Part shown: positions 13,250 through 25,769 of the stretch, in pieces | How positions within the stretch are numbered: the stretch's first letter is position 1 | Layout: each line of letters begins with the position of its first letter | From: Dicyema japonicum | Taxonomy: Eukaryota; Animalia; Dicyemida | Assembly (NCBI GenBank): GCA_011109175.1 | Contig: RDEW01000047.1 | Span: 326,363 to 390,362, forward strand | Length of the DNA: 64,000 bases | Direction of reading: 5' to 3' | Translations under genes and position numbers: made by a program | The notes under the pieces: generated by a model | Seen by the model: the letters and a program-made list of their open reading frames with translations, nothing else | Databases searched by the model: none | What the model was told of the DNA's origin: nothing

Positions 13250-13264
13250 GTTACCATGGGTGAT
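13250..13264 (+). promoter_or_regulatory. Possible RFX X-box overlapping the CFAP300 start codon
   Basis: GTTACC-ATG-GGTGAT resembles the X-box GTNRCC-N0-3-RGYAAC, and the gene is ciliary. Confidence 0.35.
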
Positions 13265-14017
13265 TATGGGTTTAGTGAGGTTTATAATAAATTGGTGGTT
13301 GAGAATATTGTTAAATGGTTATATTCGAAGGTTATTTCTCAGGGGATTGTCATTTGAGACACGTGTGTTCAGTTTTGATAAACATTTTACATTGTGGAAT
13401 CAAAATCAATTCTTTGATGTTTTATTGTGTTGTTAATAGTAGGAATTAGTTGACACGTGCTGTAATTACAAAGGTATGCACCTTATTATATTTTAGATAA
13501 ACTATCAGTGAGACAACTTAATAGCACAGTCACATCAATGGAGTTTTTTGACAGGTTGTTGGGGAGCAATGAGATTGTACGACCGGACGGATCCCTGGTG
13601 CAGTGTTTAGAATATTATCTTGATGATTTGTCAATCTGTAATGAACTGAGACGAGTTAGTGTGTTTATTATTAAGTTTCTTGTTGATAGCGAATCCCCAA
13701 ACTGGGAATTGTACTCTGGAAACGAAAGGAATGAATTTATATTTTGTATATTCAAGCATTTAGTATTTGGAGGACTATTATGTCAATATGATGATAGAAT
13801 TGATGAATATATAAGTACAACCAAAAAGATATATAAAAAACTGATTAGGTAATATTGTTTATTACATAGTGTCTGTCTTGTTGAGGACAAGGTTACTGTT
13901 TCTTCATTAGTATTTCATTTAAATAATAATAAATGTTACTTTTATGGGATTGTGAATCCCCTAAACAGGAATGTTATTACTTTCTTCGTTAACAGGGCTT
14001 CTGTTTTTAATAAATGA
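13256..14017 (+). CDS. CFAP300: Cilia- and flagella-associated protein 300 (C11orf70)
   Basis: Spliced: ..KWGL..FSFDKHF..SMEFFDRL..ICNELRR..EFIFCIFKHLVFGGLLCQYDD..TKKIYKKLISV. Several 21-25 nt introns. TGA at 14015-14017. Confidence 0.9.
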
Positions 14018-14821
14018 TTTTTATAAAATTATAATAATACAATAGGTTGGTGGCTAATATTACTACCCTAATCATGAAATGAGTTTCTCATATTATTGAT
14101 GGTAACTACCCCCTTGTAGATCAACAAATTCAGTTAATCATTATTATTTGAGTCTATCAAAATTATAGTTTGTTCATCCAAACCAGTTTTTGTTGGAAGA
14201 GACTGGAATTCTAAATGAGAATTAATATTAGTGGTAAAAACTGCATTGAAAACCACGTAATTGGCTATCGTACTCATCAAGAAACTATCGTGGTCGCATT
14301 TTCTTGACATTTTTTTAAGTGAAGAGACTTAATCCATATACAAAAATATTTATGGCTTGTATTTTTTAAACTCTTCTATTCAATAGGGACATAGTTTTAC
14401 TAACGGATCTCCCATATATTGTGATCGAATGCTAACGATTATGCGATAATGAATAAGAAGTGGTAGATGAATAAGCACAATTTGCTGAGATTGAGTTCTC
14501 CAGCACAACGACGACGCCTCTCTTTTTTACAAGGAGATATTAGCTCATAGTATTAACAATTGTAACATCTCGAAAGAGGTCACCTCGTCCATTCACACAT
14601 ACGTGTCTTAGGTCCGATCGTGAACCCAAATAAGCACGTAGTCTTTGATCTGGATTCGATCAACATTTATGCGATATTACGTTCTGAACCCAGTATGGTA
14701 AATTTTTATTAAAGATGAATTAGACGGGCGTTATAAGGCAATTACTTAAAACCTAAATAACTAATCAGGAAAAGTTATTGTTAGTGAAATGTTTAATGAG
14801 ATCTATAATAACAATATATGA

Positions 14822-17072
14822 CTACCGCCTGAAGCTTCCGAATGAAGAAGATAAATTAAATTGAGGTCGTTTTCTAAAATATAAAATTACAATAACTTAA
14901 TATAGATGAACACACCTAATGAAATTCCAAGAACAGCGACAATTCCAAAGAATATTCCAACACCAAGTTTAGTTTTATTAGAACCTTCAACTTTAATACA
15001 AAAATAAACTATTCATTGATGCAGCATAATTAACGGAATCTAAAAATACATAAAAATGTATAAACGATATCCAACACAGACTGCTATGTGTTTCTCATTA
15101 CATCTTGTAGAAACCCATTTTCCATTTTTATCAACAGTAATGCATACAATTTCGTCATCATTATATTTTGGTTCGTTGGGAGCCCAAAGAGTAGTCGACT
15201 ATTTTTAGTAAAAAATAAGTTACTGGAGCATCTCCCAACCATGTGAGAGTTGTGTCATTCCATAATATTCTATAATCCATATAGAATCTTTGATTTTTAA
15301 TTTCTAAATTATTTTATATAATAACCTTTATTAAGTTTACTAATAAAATATGTGGACTCTGTTTTGACCATAGATAAACCAAATTGAGAACAAATTCTTG
15401 CAGAATCGTGGTAATTTAATAGTTTTCCGAACATTGTATAAGTTTTCCCGCTCATTTTAATAGAATAGGTTTGATTTTTAACATCTAAAATATTATTAAA
15501 TTTTATACGAAAAAATTTGTTTCTGCAGTTAATGTTGGAATAATTATCTAAGTTATAAATTTATATAACAATTGTCGTCATTTTTGTAACAAATAAATCT
15601 TGTGTTTCGACAGAAATCATTTATCCATTTTCCTGAAGAAAACTTGGCATAAACGCACCCATAGGTTTGAGGATCTTTTGGATAGCCAACATCCCAATTT
15701 GTAAAATTCTAAATAAATTAATATATACTGAATCATTATCATCGCCTCTCATGAGAACATGGTCCAAATAAACTGAACCAAAATTAATTCCAATGTCAAA
15801 ATCAACGTTTTCTTAAATATTATATTTTAGTAAAACCAAAAACAGCGCAATTTTCTGTAGAATTGAATGGGGCATAAAGAATTGCGTTTCTTTTATCACA
15901 AATTGACAAAGCTTTATCACGGGAAGATAAAAAGTCGAAAACATAAAATGAGTTGTTTTGGAAGTATAAAATTTGCGAAAAATAGTCTAAAATAAGAATT
16001 TGATGAACGATGCTTGTTCTCTTCGTTACAATTCTTAGGAATTGTTCCTTGAACAACAGAATCTGGATAATCAAAAATGATAACCAGATTCACAGATTAT
16101 ATGTCCAGCTTGATTGCAATCTACTGTTGAAAATTCCCCATTTATAAAGTCCCTCATAACACATTCTTTGTCAAGGTGATTGAGGGATGACCATGGAAGA
16201 TATCTCTTTATATTAAGGATCAACTAATACAGCCAAATAATTTTTTTCTGTCATGAATCGGTTTTGTCCCAAATTTATCATACCGACGAAAGAAGGTCCG
16301 TAAACAATTTCTGATAGGAAAGTAAACTCTTACCGTGAATCGCACAATTTTCTGATCCATCGTTGGGAATAAAAATATATCCATCATGATCTGAATGGCA
16401 GATTTGACGTGCAGTTCCATAATCTCTATTAACCTTATAGATGTAGTATGTGTGTCCTCTAAAGGATACCATACTATCATAAGGGACTGTTATATTATTA
16501 TAAATTAACGATTTAATATTTTGTCAGTTATATTGATTCCATTTGGTGCAATATTATCTCATAGTTAGTTAAACTTTAACCATCTTCACAAATCCAATAT
16601 CCTTTGCGCCATTGGTAAGCAACCTTCCATTTTCCAGAACTAGCCAGCATTTGGACTCCTTTCCAATAGTTAGGTGGGTTATCATTTTCAATAAAATTGG
16701 AATAAGTCTCAAATAATATATAACTGCTACAATAATTGTCTGTCTATGTTCAGAATAAAAGTTTTCTGTACCAGACCCAAGTCTGTATACTCCAATTGTT
16801 CTATTTCTATAAATAATACCTAAAGTAAGTAAAAAGTAATCACTTGCAATAGCATCATTTTCATGTTGGTCTTGAATATCAATAGAGTAGTGACCATCGT
16901 CTTTACAATAAAAATATCCATCATAAATGTACCAATCAAATGCTGACATTAAGTAAGAGTGTTTATTGTAATTGAAGGTTTGCCCATACCAAATTACTAA
17001 TATTTATCAAAATATACGTTCTTGAAGTGAATCAGAAAAAAACAAAAATAATAAAATGAAAGACATTTTCAT
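14822..17072 (-). CDS. Type I membrane protein with about four C-type lectin domains (mannose-receptor-like)
   Basis: Signal peptide MKMSFILLFLFFS; repeated CTLD motifs (FTNWDVGYPKDP..GCV..GKW..FC..FIC; WAPNEPK..VC..GKW..RC..AVC); TM GVGIFFGIVAVLGISLGVFIYI; short tail. Many 21-24 nt introns. Confidence 0.85.
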
Positions 17073-17639
17073 AATTACTTGAATTTTCCTTTTATATTTA
17101 ATTTTATTACATTTGATAACCACGCCCTAAATTAATCATAAATTTACAAAGTCGTTAGAATTTATTTAAAAGTAACAATCAATTAACACAGCCATCCATC
17201 CAACGTGGTCCCCGCCGACAAAAATGACGTAGTGTTGCCTTTCATTATTGAAAAAGCGATCAACTGGAGAAACCACCGATTCTCACGTGCATCGTAGCTT
17301 TTTAGTGTAGCTAGGCGTCCAAAAATTTAATTATTTAAAAAAATTAACAAATATTTGACTTACTCTTATTTCAAAGTTGTAATGAGTGCAATTGTTGATT
17401 TTTAGTATTGTCACTACAAAAACATTTAATTTTAGTTATTTTGAAATATCTTGTTCAGTCAGATTACCCAATAAATTACAATCGAAAATATTTTTGTTAT
17501 TCATTTACGTGGTTTTTGAATATCATGTTTAGTCAGATGACTCAATAAATTACAATCGAAAATATTTATTGATTTTTCAACATTTTTAGCTTTCAACATA
17601 TTGTTTAAAAATTTTTTGTTTGTGACGGATCTTGATATC

Positions 17640-18040
17640 TTCTAGTCTCCCCTAACCACCATATTATCAAAACTATTCGAAAAACTGTTACTACCGCCAT
17701 TACTCCGGATCTCTCAATAGGCTTTCAAATACGGTTTTCGTCTTGGGCCCACCACTACACATTTAATCACACTATTCAATTATTCTGGTGGAAGGTTCCA
17801 CGCATCTACGATGCTAAAAAAGGTTTGACGAGTGTCGCCGTCATCAGTGGACATTCACTGCGGAACTGAATAGTCTAAAAGGACATACACCCAAGAAAAA
17901 GAAAACAAAGAAGTGAAGATTAATTTTATTCTCTCTCGATTAGCTGTTATAACTGTTCTTTGCTTAAAATAAAGTGTGTGTTTTCTCTGCGGGGACGATA
18001 TCTGATATGGCTCCTCGGAAAGTGCGAATATTATTATTAT
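17640..18040 (+). mobile_element. I-clade LINE 3' fragment
   Basis: Decayed ITRLxIG...PP..TI(H)ILVE C-terminal motif, 3' UTR and (TTA)n tail. Homologous to 47460-47726, 27619-27692 and 48231-48355. Confidence 0.6.
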
Positions 18041-18776
18041 TCCAATTCATTGCCGATGGAGAACGATTTTAACTGCAAAATATCAGAAAGTAAATTTGGA
18101 TAACCAAGGATCTCTTACATATTCAACAACGGCTTACTTTTTCTATGGACGATCTGAAAATATTTTCTCAAAATGTAGTAACTACAATGAGAATGCCGAA
18201 GGAGGTAAATAATTTCTTTGAAGGGGCTTTAATTGAATAGTCAAATCATTCTGGTTGTTATGGATAATTATAACTTTCCAATATATGAAAAAATGCTGTG
18301 GTTTTTTCAAGCTCCCAACTGATTTTTCAACAATGGTGGTAAAAATTGTAGAACTGTTATTCTTTCAAAAAAAATGTAGACCATTTGGCAACAAGGTGCA
18401 GTTGAATGCTGCACAGCGACAAAACAAAGATATATACATTTACACCTGTGTCGGCTTCATGGAATTAAAAAGTCTAAGAAACTCAAAACTTACTTTTTTA
18501 AATCTATTGTTACAAACAGGAGATTCGAATGGATATACTACACACGGAAACAAATGTAAAAATGTGACATGGACCACGGGCAGCCCGTTACATTAACCTT
18601 GAACTAAGATTAACTGAATTAATTTCATTATTGAGTTATTAACCACAAAGAAAAATAATTTAAGTAACTATTTTTTATTCTATCAATTCTTACAGTCGAT
18701 TTAACTTATTCAAGTCTCATTCGGTAACAAATTGTCTGACTGGGAATTTTCTACATATAGATTTTAAATCTAATTA

Positions 18777-20200
18777 CAGTTTACCCTCCATTTTTTGGAA
18801 AAAATTCTAATTTTACTAAGGAAATTCCATTGCTCGCCAAATTCTCTTACTTCCCACGTTTTAGTATTAAAAAAATAATTTTTCAAATATTTATACCGCG
18901 TATCTTTTTAGTAACATGAGGAAGTGTTCTAGATTATCTTATGATAAAAAAAGAAATTATAAATTATGTTATTCATAACTCTTCTCTTAGTTTAAGACGT
19001 GTCTCAGAAATTTTTTCAACGCGTTTCAAAAAATCAATTTCGAGACGTGCAATAAATGATCTTAACTTGAATAAAGAGAAGATTCTTGAAATTAATCCAA
19101 TTTATGGGACAAGTTCTCGTTTTTCGAAACTCAGATTTTCATCAATTGATACTGAATTCATTACCTGGATGGATTACATGGAATCAATTGGAGTTTGCCT
19201 CAATGATGAGATAATTTTATCGAAAGCAACTGAATTTGCTGCATTAAATGGATTCTCTGAATTCAAATCCAGTAAAGGATGGCTGGAAAAGTTAAAAAAA
19301 GGCACTATGTGAAATTACGAATTTTCCATGGTGAATTAGGATATACTGTGGATGAGTTTAAAATAGAAATTGAAGACTTTAAAAAATTATCTCCTCAAAA
19401 ATAAATGAACATGGTGCCGAAAATGTTTATAATGCTGACGAAACCGGTGTGTTTTACAAGACTATTCATTCAAAAAGTGTATACAGGAGACGCAGATCAG
19501 GACAGAAATTAGTTAAAAATTGGTTTAAAATTTTTAAGCTAATCTTCAGATTTTCATTAATGCTTTTCGGAAATATGACTGGATCTGATAGAAGAACCCC
19601 ATTGATGATTGGAAAGTATTAGAAACCAAGCTGTTTCAAAAACATGTACGTTGATAAATATTTACAATACTACAATTCTTTAAATGCTTGGATGAAAATG
19701 TAAATTTTTAACGAATGGTTGTATAAATGGGACATGAATCTCAAACAAAAACAAAGAAGAGTACTTTTGGTTGTAGACCATTGTACTTCTCATAAAATAA
19801 CAATCGAATTGAGTATGATAGAAATTTTATATTTACCAAAAAACACGACGACAGTGCTTCAACCAATAGATCAAGGAATTATTAGATCATTCAAATTCCA
19901 TTTTAACAAATTTAAATTTAAACATATAATGGAAAAAATAAATTGTGATGAAGAAAATATTGAATGTTATAAAAAATTAACGGTAAAAGATAGAGTCTTA
20001 GTTTTTCATCTTGCTTAGAAAAATGTGTCTGGCTAAAATAAATATTTTCAGCTCGCCAAATGGAAAAAAGCATTAAAGAACTTACAAAGGGAGACCAAAA
20101 AATAAAGAATTTTGAACAAATTAATAATAAATTAATGATATCGGATCACATTCAAGAAGAGGAGTTTGTAGACTTTACGTACTCTGAAATTGACGAACTT
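18777..20200 (+). mobile_element. Tigger/pogo (CENP-B HTH + DDE-1) transposon, pseudogenised
   Basis: TA-CAGTTTACCCTC terminus; FKSSKGWLEK, VYNADETG, LLVVDHCTSH, LPKNTTTVLQPIDQGII; several stops. Confidence 0.9.
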
Positions 20201-20755
20201 CTTGAATTTCTTTTATTATTTATTGATTTCTGAATTTAGACTCTGAATTTAAAAAAATTTTATTATTTATTGATTTCTGAATTTAGACTCATTGTCTGAG
20301 TTAGTCAGGAGGGCATCTTTGATCGTTTTGGAAAGGACCTCCGCAGCGACAGGTCGTAAGTTATAGGGGATCCTCACTAAAATTTAACTCAGAGATGAGG
20401 AGTAAGAACGTTTCGGGGTCCGTAGTTGATGGGTAATTAACGGAAGAGTTAACATTGGCGCGGGCNCCTCCATTTACTCTGGAATTACACACTCATCACT
20501 TAAATTATCTACTTCGAAAGGACTTTAGTTAGAAAATGAATTGACAGATATGTTACAGACAGCAATTTCTAATTTATCAAACCACTTTTTTTACTGTTAT
20601 CAGCATTTTGGACAACTTTTCGTTATCGTTTGATTGAATCTTTCGATAATCCTTTGTGCCAGAGGATTGATAAGCCTTCCGTGAATTTACTTGATGTTGA
20701 AATGTGTACAAAATTTTATTATTTATTGATTTTTGAATTTAGACTCATTGTCACT

Positions 20756-21070
20756 GCTAAATCTCAATTGGGTGGTGTAAAGAAGCCACATTGCCTTCGA
20801 CCAGATTCGGAATCAGAATATATCAAAAGAGTATTGACCTTCTATTGAGAAAAACACAGTTCCAGAGAGTTGTTAGAGAATCAGCCCAGTTTATGAAAAC
20901 AGATTTACGTTTCCAATCATCGGCTATTGTTGTCTTCAGGAGGCTGTAGAGACATTTTTGGTGGAGATTTTTTAGGATAGTAATTTGTGTGCAATACATG
21001 GAAAACGAGTAACAAAAATTCCACAGGATATGCACCTTGCAAGGAGAATTCTTGGTGAAAAAAAACATAA
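20756..21070 (+). pseudogene. Histone H3 pseudogene
   Basis: [69 protein letters not shown], in shifting frames. No N-terminal tail. Confidence 0.9.
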
Positions 21071-21944
21071 CTTTTCGATAAGTAAGTAATCACTTCCGCA
21101 TTGTCATAAGCACGTAAAATGGCTAGGGTTTCGCTCGTGCAGAACACACACTTTATTCAAGTAAAGAACAATTATTATAACTAATCGTAGAGGGAGAACC
21201 AAGGAATGTTATTGACATGTTTGTTTTTTCTTTTTCTTGGGTGTGTGCCATTTTAGATAAATCTAATAAATATAATTTGTCTTTTTTCTCGTTTAAAGTA
21301 ACGTAGTTTATCAACTTCATCCAGACAAAATTTAGGTATTCCAATCCTTTCGCCTACTTGATAATGCTTTTCGGGACGCACTGTCGTTTTCAATTTCCTA
21401 TTTCACGAGAATTTCTCATCATTTGAAGTTCTATCAACTTAGCTAAAAATAACAGTCTATAAAATCAAAATTTTAAAGATCCAACTATCTCACTTTCTTT
21501 TAATGTAATATAATAACCATATGTAATCTCCCCTTAATTAGAAAAATAAGACACATTTATAATTTTCAAACTGTAAAAATATGCAAAAAATAACATCAAT
21601 TTGTTTTTATATTAAAAAATTAATAAATCGCTGTCGAAAAATTGGGGTCAAATATCCAGGTTTTCATCTTAAACCTAGTTCATTGAACGCGTCTTGTTTT
21701 GCGGGTTAAAATGTGAATTCAGATTAAAATTTGGACTCATGTGGAAAGATTTGATAAATGATTACTTTTATTTACAAATCATTTAATTTTTTTAGTTTTT
21801 TTGAAATTGATTTGTCTAATTAAATTTGTTCATTAAGCTTGTTTATGTAAGCCTTGTAAACCTTTAACTAAATTAATTTATTTTTTAGATTATCCAATAA
21901 CACCATTTTATTTAACCAACAATAAAAAAATAATATATAATAAT

Positions 21945-22815
21945 CAACAACCTTCCTCGCCTGCCTGTTCGCTAGCTATCTCAGGCAGGTTCGATCTCCG
22001 GGCTCTGCCTCCTATACTCCAGTGTCAGTCTCTCTAAGGTCCGCTTTAGTACAGTGGATAGATCTGAGCTTCCTATCTACCCCCTAATTGTTTGAGATAG
22101 CTCTTGTGGTACTTTGTTGTAAATCCTTCCCACGTAATTACTATTAGAATAACGAGGACCTTATAACTAAGCATCTTCCTCATTTCGTTTGTAAGCAAGT
22201 CATACTTCTTTTTTTCTCAACCTCCATAAATTGTAATTCGATCAACGCCTTCACATTTACTAGCATAACATCATCAACACCATACTTAACAGACAAAAAA
22301 GGTCTGATAGTGCCTAGGTGGATTGCCCGTGTTTTCTCGGTCGTTATTATGGCGTGCTTCCTAGCAGAAACACTTGACCCAGCTATCAGGGTGTCGTATA
22401 TTCGCATTAGGATACGCTCACTTAGTTGAACTACTCCACCCAGTCCACTACCGAATCTATCACGGGGTAAATATAGTCTTTCATTATTGGCTGCCAGCAC
22501 ATAGACATGGTTCTCTCTGAGTACTCCACGGATTATAACATTTATCTCATCATACTCTTTCCGTTCAAACTCCACAACACCTATTTAATAAATTAGCTGT
22601 GAGACAGCATACTCATTTAATGCTAGGAACAAATTCCTTGCATTTAGAGAAGTTTTACATAATAACGCTGCTCTTCTACGAATGCCTTCAGTAATTTGTC
22701 GCTTTGTCTCAGGCATTATAAGGGACTTTGGAGTTTCGGTAACACCCAGATACTTATATTCTTCGTGTTCCTCTAGGACTCTTACTAAATCGTCTTCTAA
22801 GAGAAGAGAGATTAC
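21945..22815 (-). mobile_element. R4/Dong-like (RLE-type) LINE remnant
   Basis: YKYLGVTETP..LNARNLFLALNEYA; ERLYLPRDRFGSGL. Paralogous to 58740-58945. Confidence 0.75.
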
Positions 22816-23499
22816 CATTAATTCGGACAAAAATCCGCTTAATTAGTTAATTTACTCGTTAATTTTCAATTATCAAATATATTTATTTTACTAATTATTA
22901 AGTCTTTTAAACTTTACATTGCAATATAAAAAACAAGATAGTATATAAAGAAATAAACCGAAACTACATTTGTCAGTTTTTGGTGCAAATTAAGGACAAT
23001 TTATACATTTAATTATCCCCTAGGTTATGTTCACTCTACTGTTTTTACAGCACATTTTTTTTATCTTTTACCTATTTTATTAAGATTTATTAGCAATCTT
23101 AAAGTCAAGAACCTGTGTTTATCAAGGATACCCGTTAGGCCCTTCACTATTCACCTTGTATAGTATCTTACACTTTTACGTAATATGGACACTTTTTATC
23201 TTGCATATTCTTCCTGGTAGATATGACATAGTTCAAACNGTCAGTTTTTGGTGCAAATTAAAGACAATTTATCCATTTAATTATCCCCTAGGTTATGTTC
23301 ACTCTACTGTTTTTACAGCACATTTCTTTTTTATCTTTTACCTATTTTATTAAGATTTATTAGCAATCTTAAAGTCAAGAACCTGTGTTTATCAAGGATA
23401 CCCGTTAGGCCCTTCACTATTCACCTTGTATAGTATCTTACACTTTTACGTAATATGGACACTTTTTATCTTTCATATTCTTCCTGGTAGATATGACAT

Positions 23500-24290
23500 A
23501 GTTCAAACTACTGAGCACGTGGTCAGCCTGGATTGGGAACTCATTCTTAATGGAGTCGACTGCTTCGCAATATGGTCAATCTGTCGTAATAAAAATGAAT
23601 ACAGAGGGTAATTCGTTTATGGGAGTAATGGGTACGGGATCATCATAGAGTCCTAACTTGAATTTGAGGAGATCAACAAACTGAGAAGGGTAGGCTGACT
23701 GTTCATTCCAAACAGTGAAGACCCTCTCAAGACGAACACTTATTCCCTCAGTCTTTTGCTGTGTAGATAAGGTTGCCATCGAGGTCACAGCGGATGGGAG
23801 CACACTAGAAAAGGCAGCAGTTTTTAGCTTGTAGCAAAATGTCCAAAATTTGGAAAACGAGAGCATTTGATACCAACCTTCCTTTAATTAAACAGAGAAG
23901 AGGCGTGCTGGAAGTACAGTCTCTTATTTCCACTTTAGGTGCAGTGTCATTCCTCCTGTCATTAAGTTTCGAGACTTAGAAACCGCCCATCATCCCAACT
24001 TGAACAGGTTGATATAGCTGTTCTTCATGAACAATGAGTTTTCTGGTTCTTTGCAGAAGCGCAGAAAACCACGGGCATTGGTCTCGTGGATTTTTTGAAA
24101 GGAGAGTGGCGAAGGAGAGATAACTTGGTGTAGAAAGACGCAAATTTCTTCATTTAATTAAATTAAATATCTTCGATGAGAATAAGAGAAGCCTCCATGC
24201 TGAATTGTGTATTCAATAGTTAGAGCGATGATCTAATCAGCAGTCTCTAGGATGGAAAGGGCTCTTTTATACAATTTCCTTCAATAAATT
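23500..24290 (-). pseudogene. CID-domain gene remnant, U2SURP/SR140-like
   Basis: KLNDRRND..EIRDC..LVFQILDILL, a frameshift, then VRLERVFTVWNEQSAYPSQFVDLLKFKLG (CID helices). 22-nt intron near 23580-23601. In-frame stops upstream. Confidence 0.45.
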
Positions 24291-24586
24291 CCACTTCCCG
24301 TGTTCCTTGGTTAAGACATCAACGGCGTGGTATGAGAAAGTCTCACTTTTTTCTTTATGTTCATCGTTATGGAGGAAAAGTAATTAATTTACCTCAATCA
24401 TTTTTCAGCATAGTTCTATCTACCCCGAAGAGAAAAAGTCCACAAATCAGCTCTATTTTTATTAAGCCATCCATTTGGGGGAATATATGTGTTTATGATG
24501 GTTAGATAACTCTTATGAGGTTAAGATCGTCCTATTTTATTTTTAGTTGACAATTCTGTCGGTTACACTCCAATGACAGTAAACTC

Positions 24587-25070
24587 TCAGTTGCACTGCG
24601 CAGTCGTTTTAATCATAACAGCCCGGAATGTGAATCGATTCCGGAGCCCTTCGTATTTCTTCCCTTTGCCTTCTCTGTCTTTTTCGTGGTGTATAGTGTC
24701 TACTACGCTCTTGACGATGTTTGAAGAGCAAAAGAAATAGATGCATGTGGTATACCATATTAATAGTTTCCTCTCTTTGAACAGAACAATTGTAATTCCG
24801 GCAGACCATTTTTCTTCTGCATTGTGCAGGCCCACTGGTTCCAATATGGAGGGAGACTTTTGGGATTGATCCGTCATGCAATGTTTTCGACCAACATTTT
24901 TTGGTGGGATTCGTCCAATTGCTGTTGGAATCATTTTCAAGAGACTGACGGCGAGCATCGCTTCTGTCCTTCTCAATCTAAACTCCTTGAGAGTTGGGGT
25001 ACGATTTGACTCCAAGCTGCGCCTCATTCTGTGAGGACGGTTGACTGCGAAGCTGCACCGTATTTTTAAA
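24587..25070. mobile_element. CRE-clade LINE fragments in opposite orientations
   Basis: Minus strand SILEPVGL..LIWYTTC (RLE). Plus strand GGIRPIAVGIIFKRL (RT) at ~24903-24950. Confidence 0.7.
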
Positions 25071-25079
25071 ACGAAAATT

Positions 25080-25600
25080 GTATCATACTCTTCTATGCAG
25101 ATGATATTATCATCACTGACAGGGCTAGAGATTTTCAAGCATTCACTGAGGTCATACAAAAAATGCTTAACACTCTGATCCCATAGTTTGCTCAACCACA
25201 ACTTGAGATTTCCAAACTAAGTCGTTTGTAACATCAAATCAAGGATCCTCCTTAATAATTCTATTATTCCGACCAATAGCGTGCCAAACATCCTTGGAGT
25301 GATGTTTTACCTCGGACTTTAAAAAAACGTGTGGAAAATCGGGTAACAGAAGCGACGGAGAGAATGACAATATTAAAAATTGTAGCGAAAGCCCTTGGAA
25401 ACAGTGGTGGATCCCTCTACTATCTACGGACAATTTTTCCGGATTGTATTGATCTGCGCGAATGGAATGTGGTGTCCATTTTCCGTTCCTCGATGAATAA
25501 ATTTATCAAAATCCAGGAAGTCGTTAACCGTTTCATCGGATCTAATTCCGGGTCTATACTCTTGAAGCATTCCTACTGTAAATGAGACCGATTTCTCAAC
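25080..25600 (+). mobile_element. Ingi/Vingi-like LINE RT C-terminal fragment
   Basis: ILFYADDIII..., PNILGVMF.., ERMTILKIVAK. Confidence 0.7.
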
Positions 25601-25769
25601 TAAACGACAACGAAAATTTGTGAATGAGACCAACTTCTTAACAGTCCCTTTATGACATTTTGGTCAAATCGTCAAAAANNNNNNNNNNNNNNNNNNNNNN
25701 NNNNNNNNNNNNNNNNNNNNNNNNNNNNNNNNNNNNNNNNNNNNNNNNNNNGGATATGTCAGGTTAATC

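Noticed and set aside
13095-13436. 113-aa hydrophobic ORF
   Set aside because: It is an off-frame read-through of the last SBDS exon, introns and CFAP300 exons.
17786-17880. Hairpin series with TGACGA..GAAAC as a hammerhead ribozyme or SINE head
   Set aside because: The core is not CUGANGA-stem-GAAA, and the flanks read as an I-clade LINE C-terminus.
22972-23508. Direct duplications around single n bases (also 26435, 28923, 35894, 40343, 41879, 44837, 50047, 60123 and around the 52972 gap)
   Set aside because: The pattern fits overlapping contig or haplotype ends joined in scaffolding.
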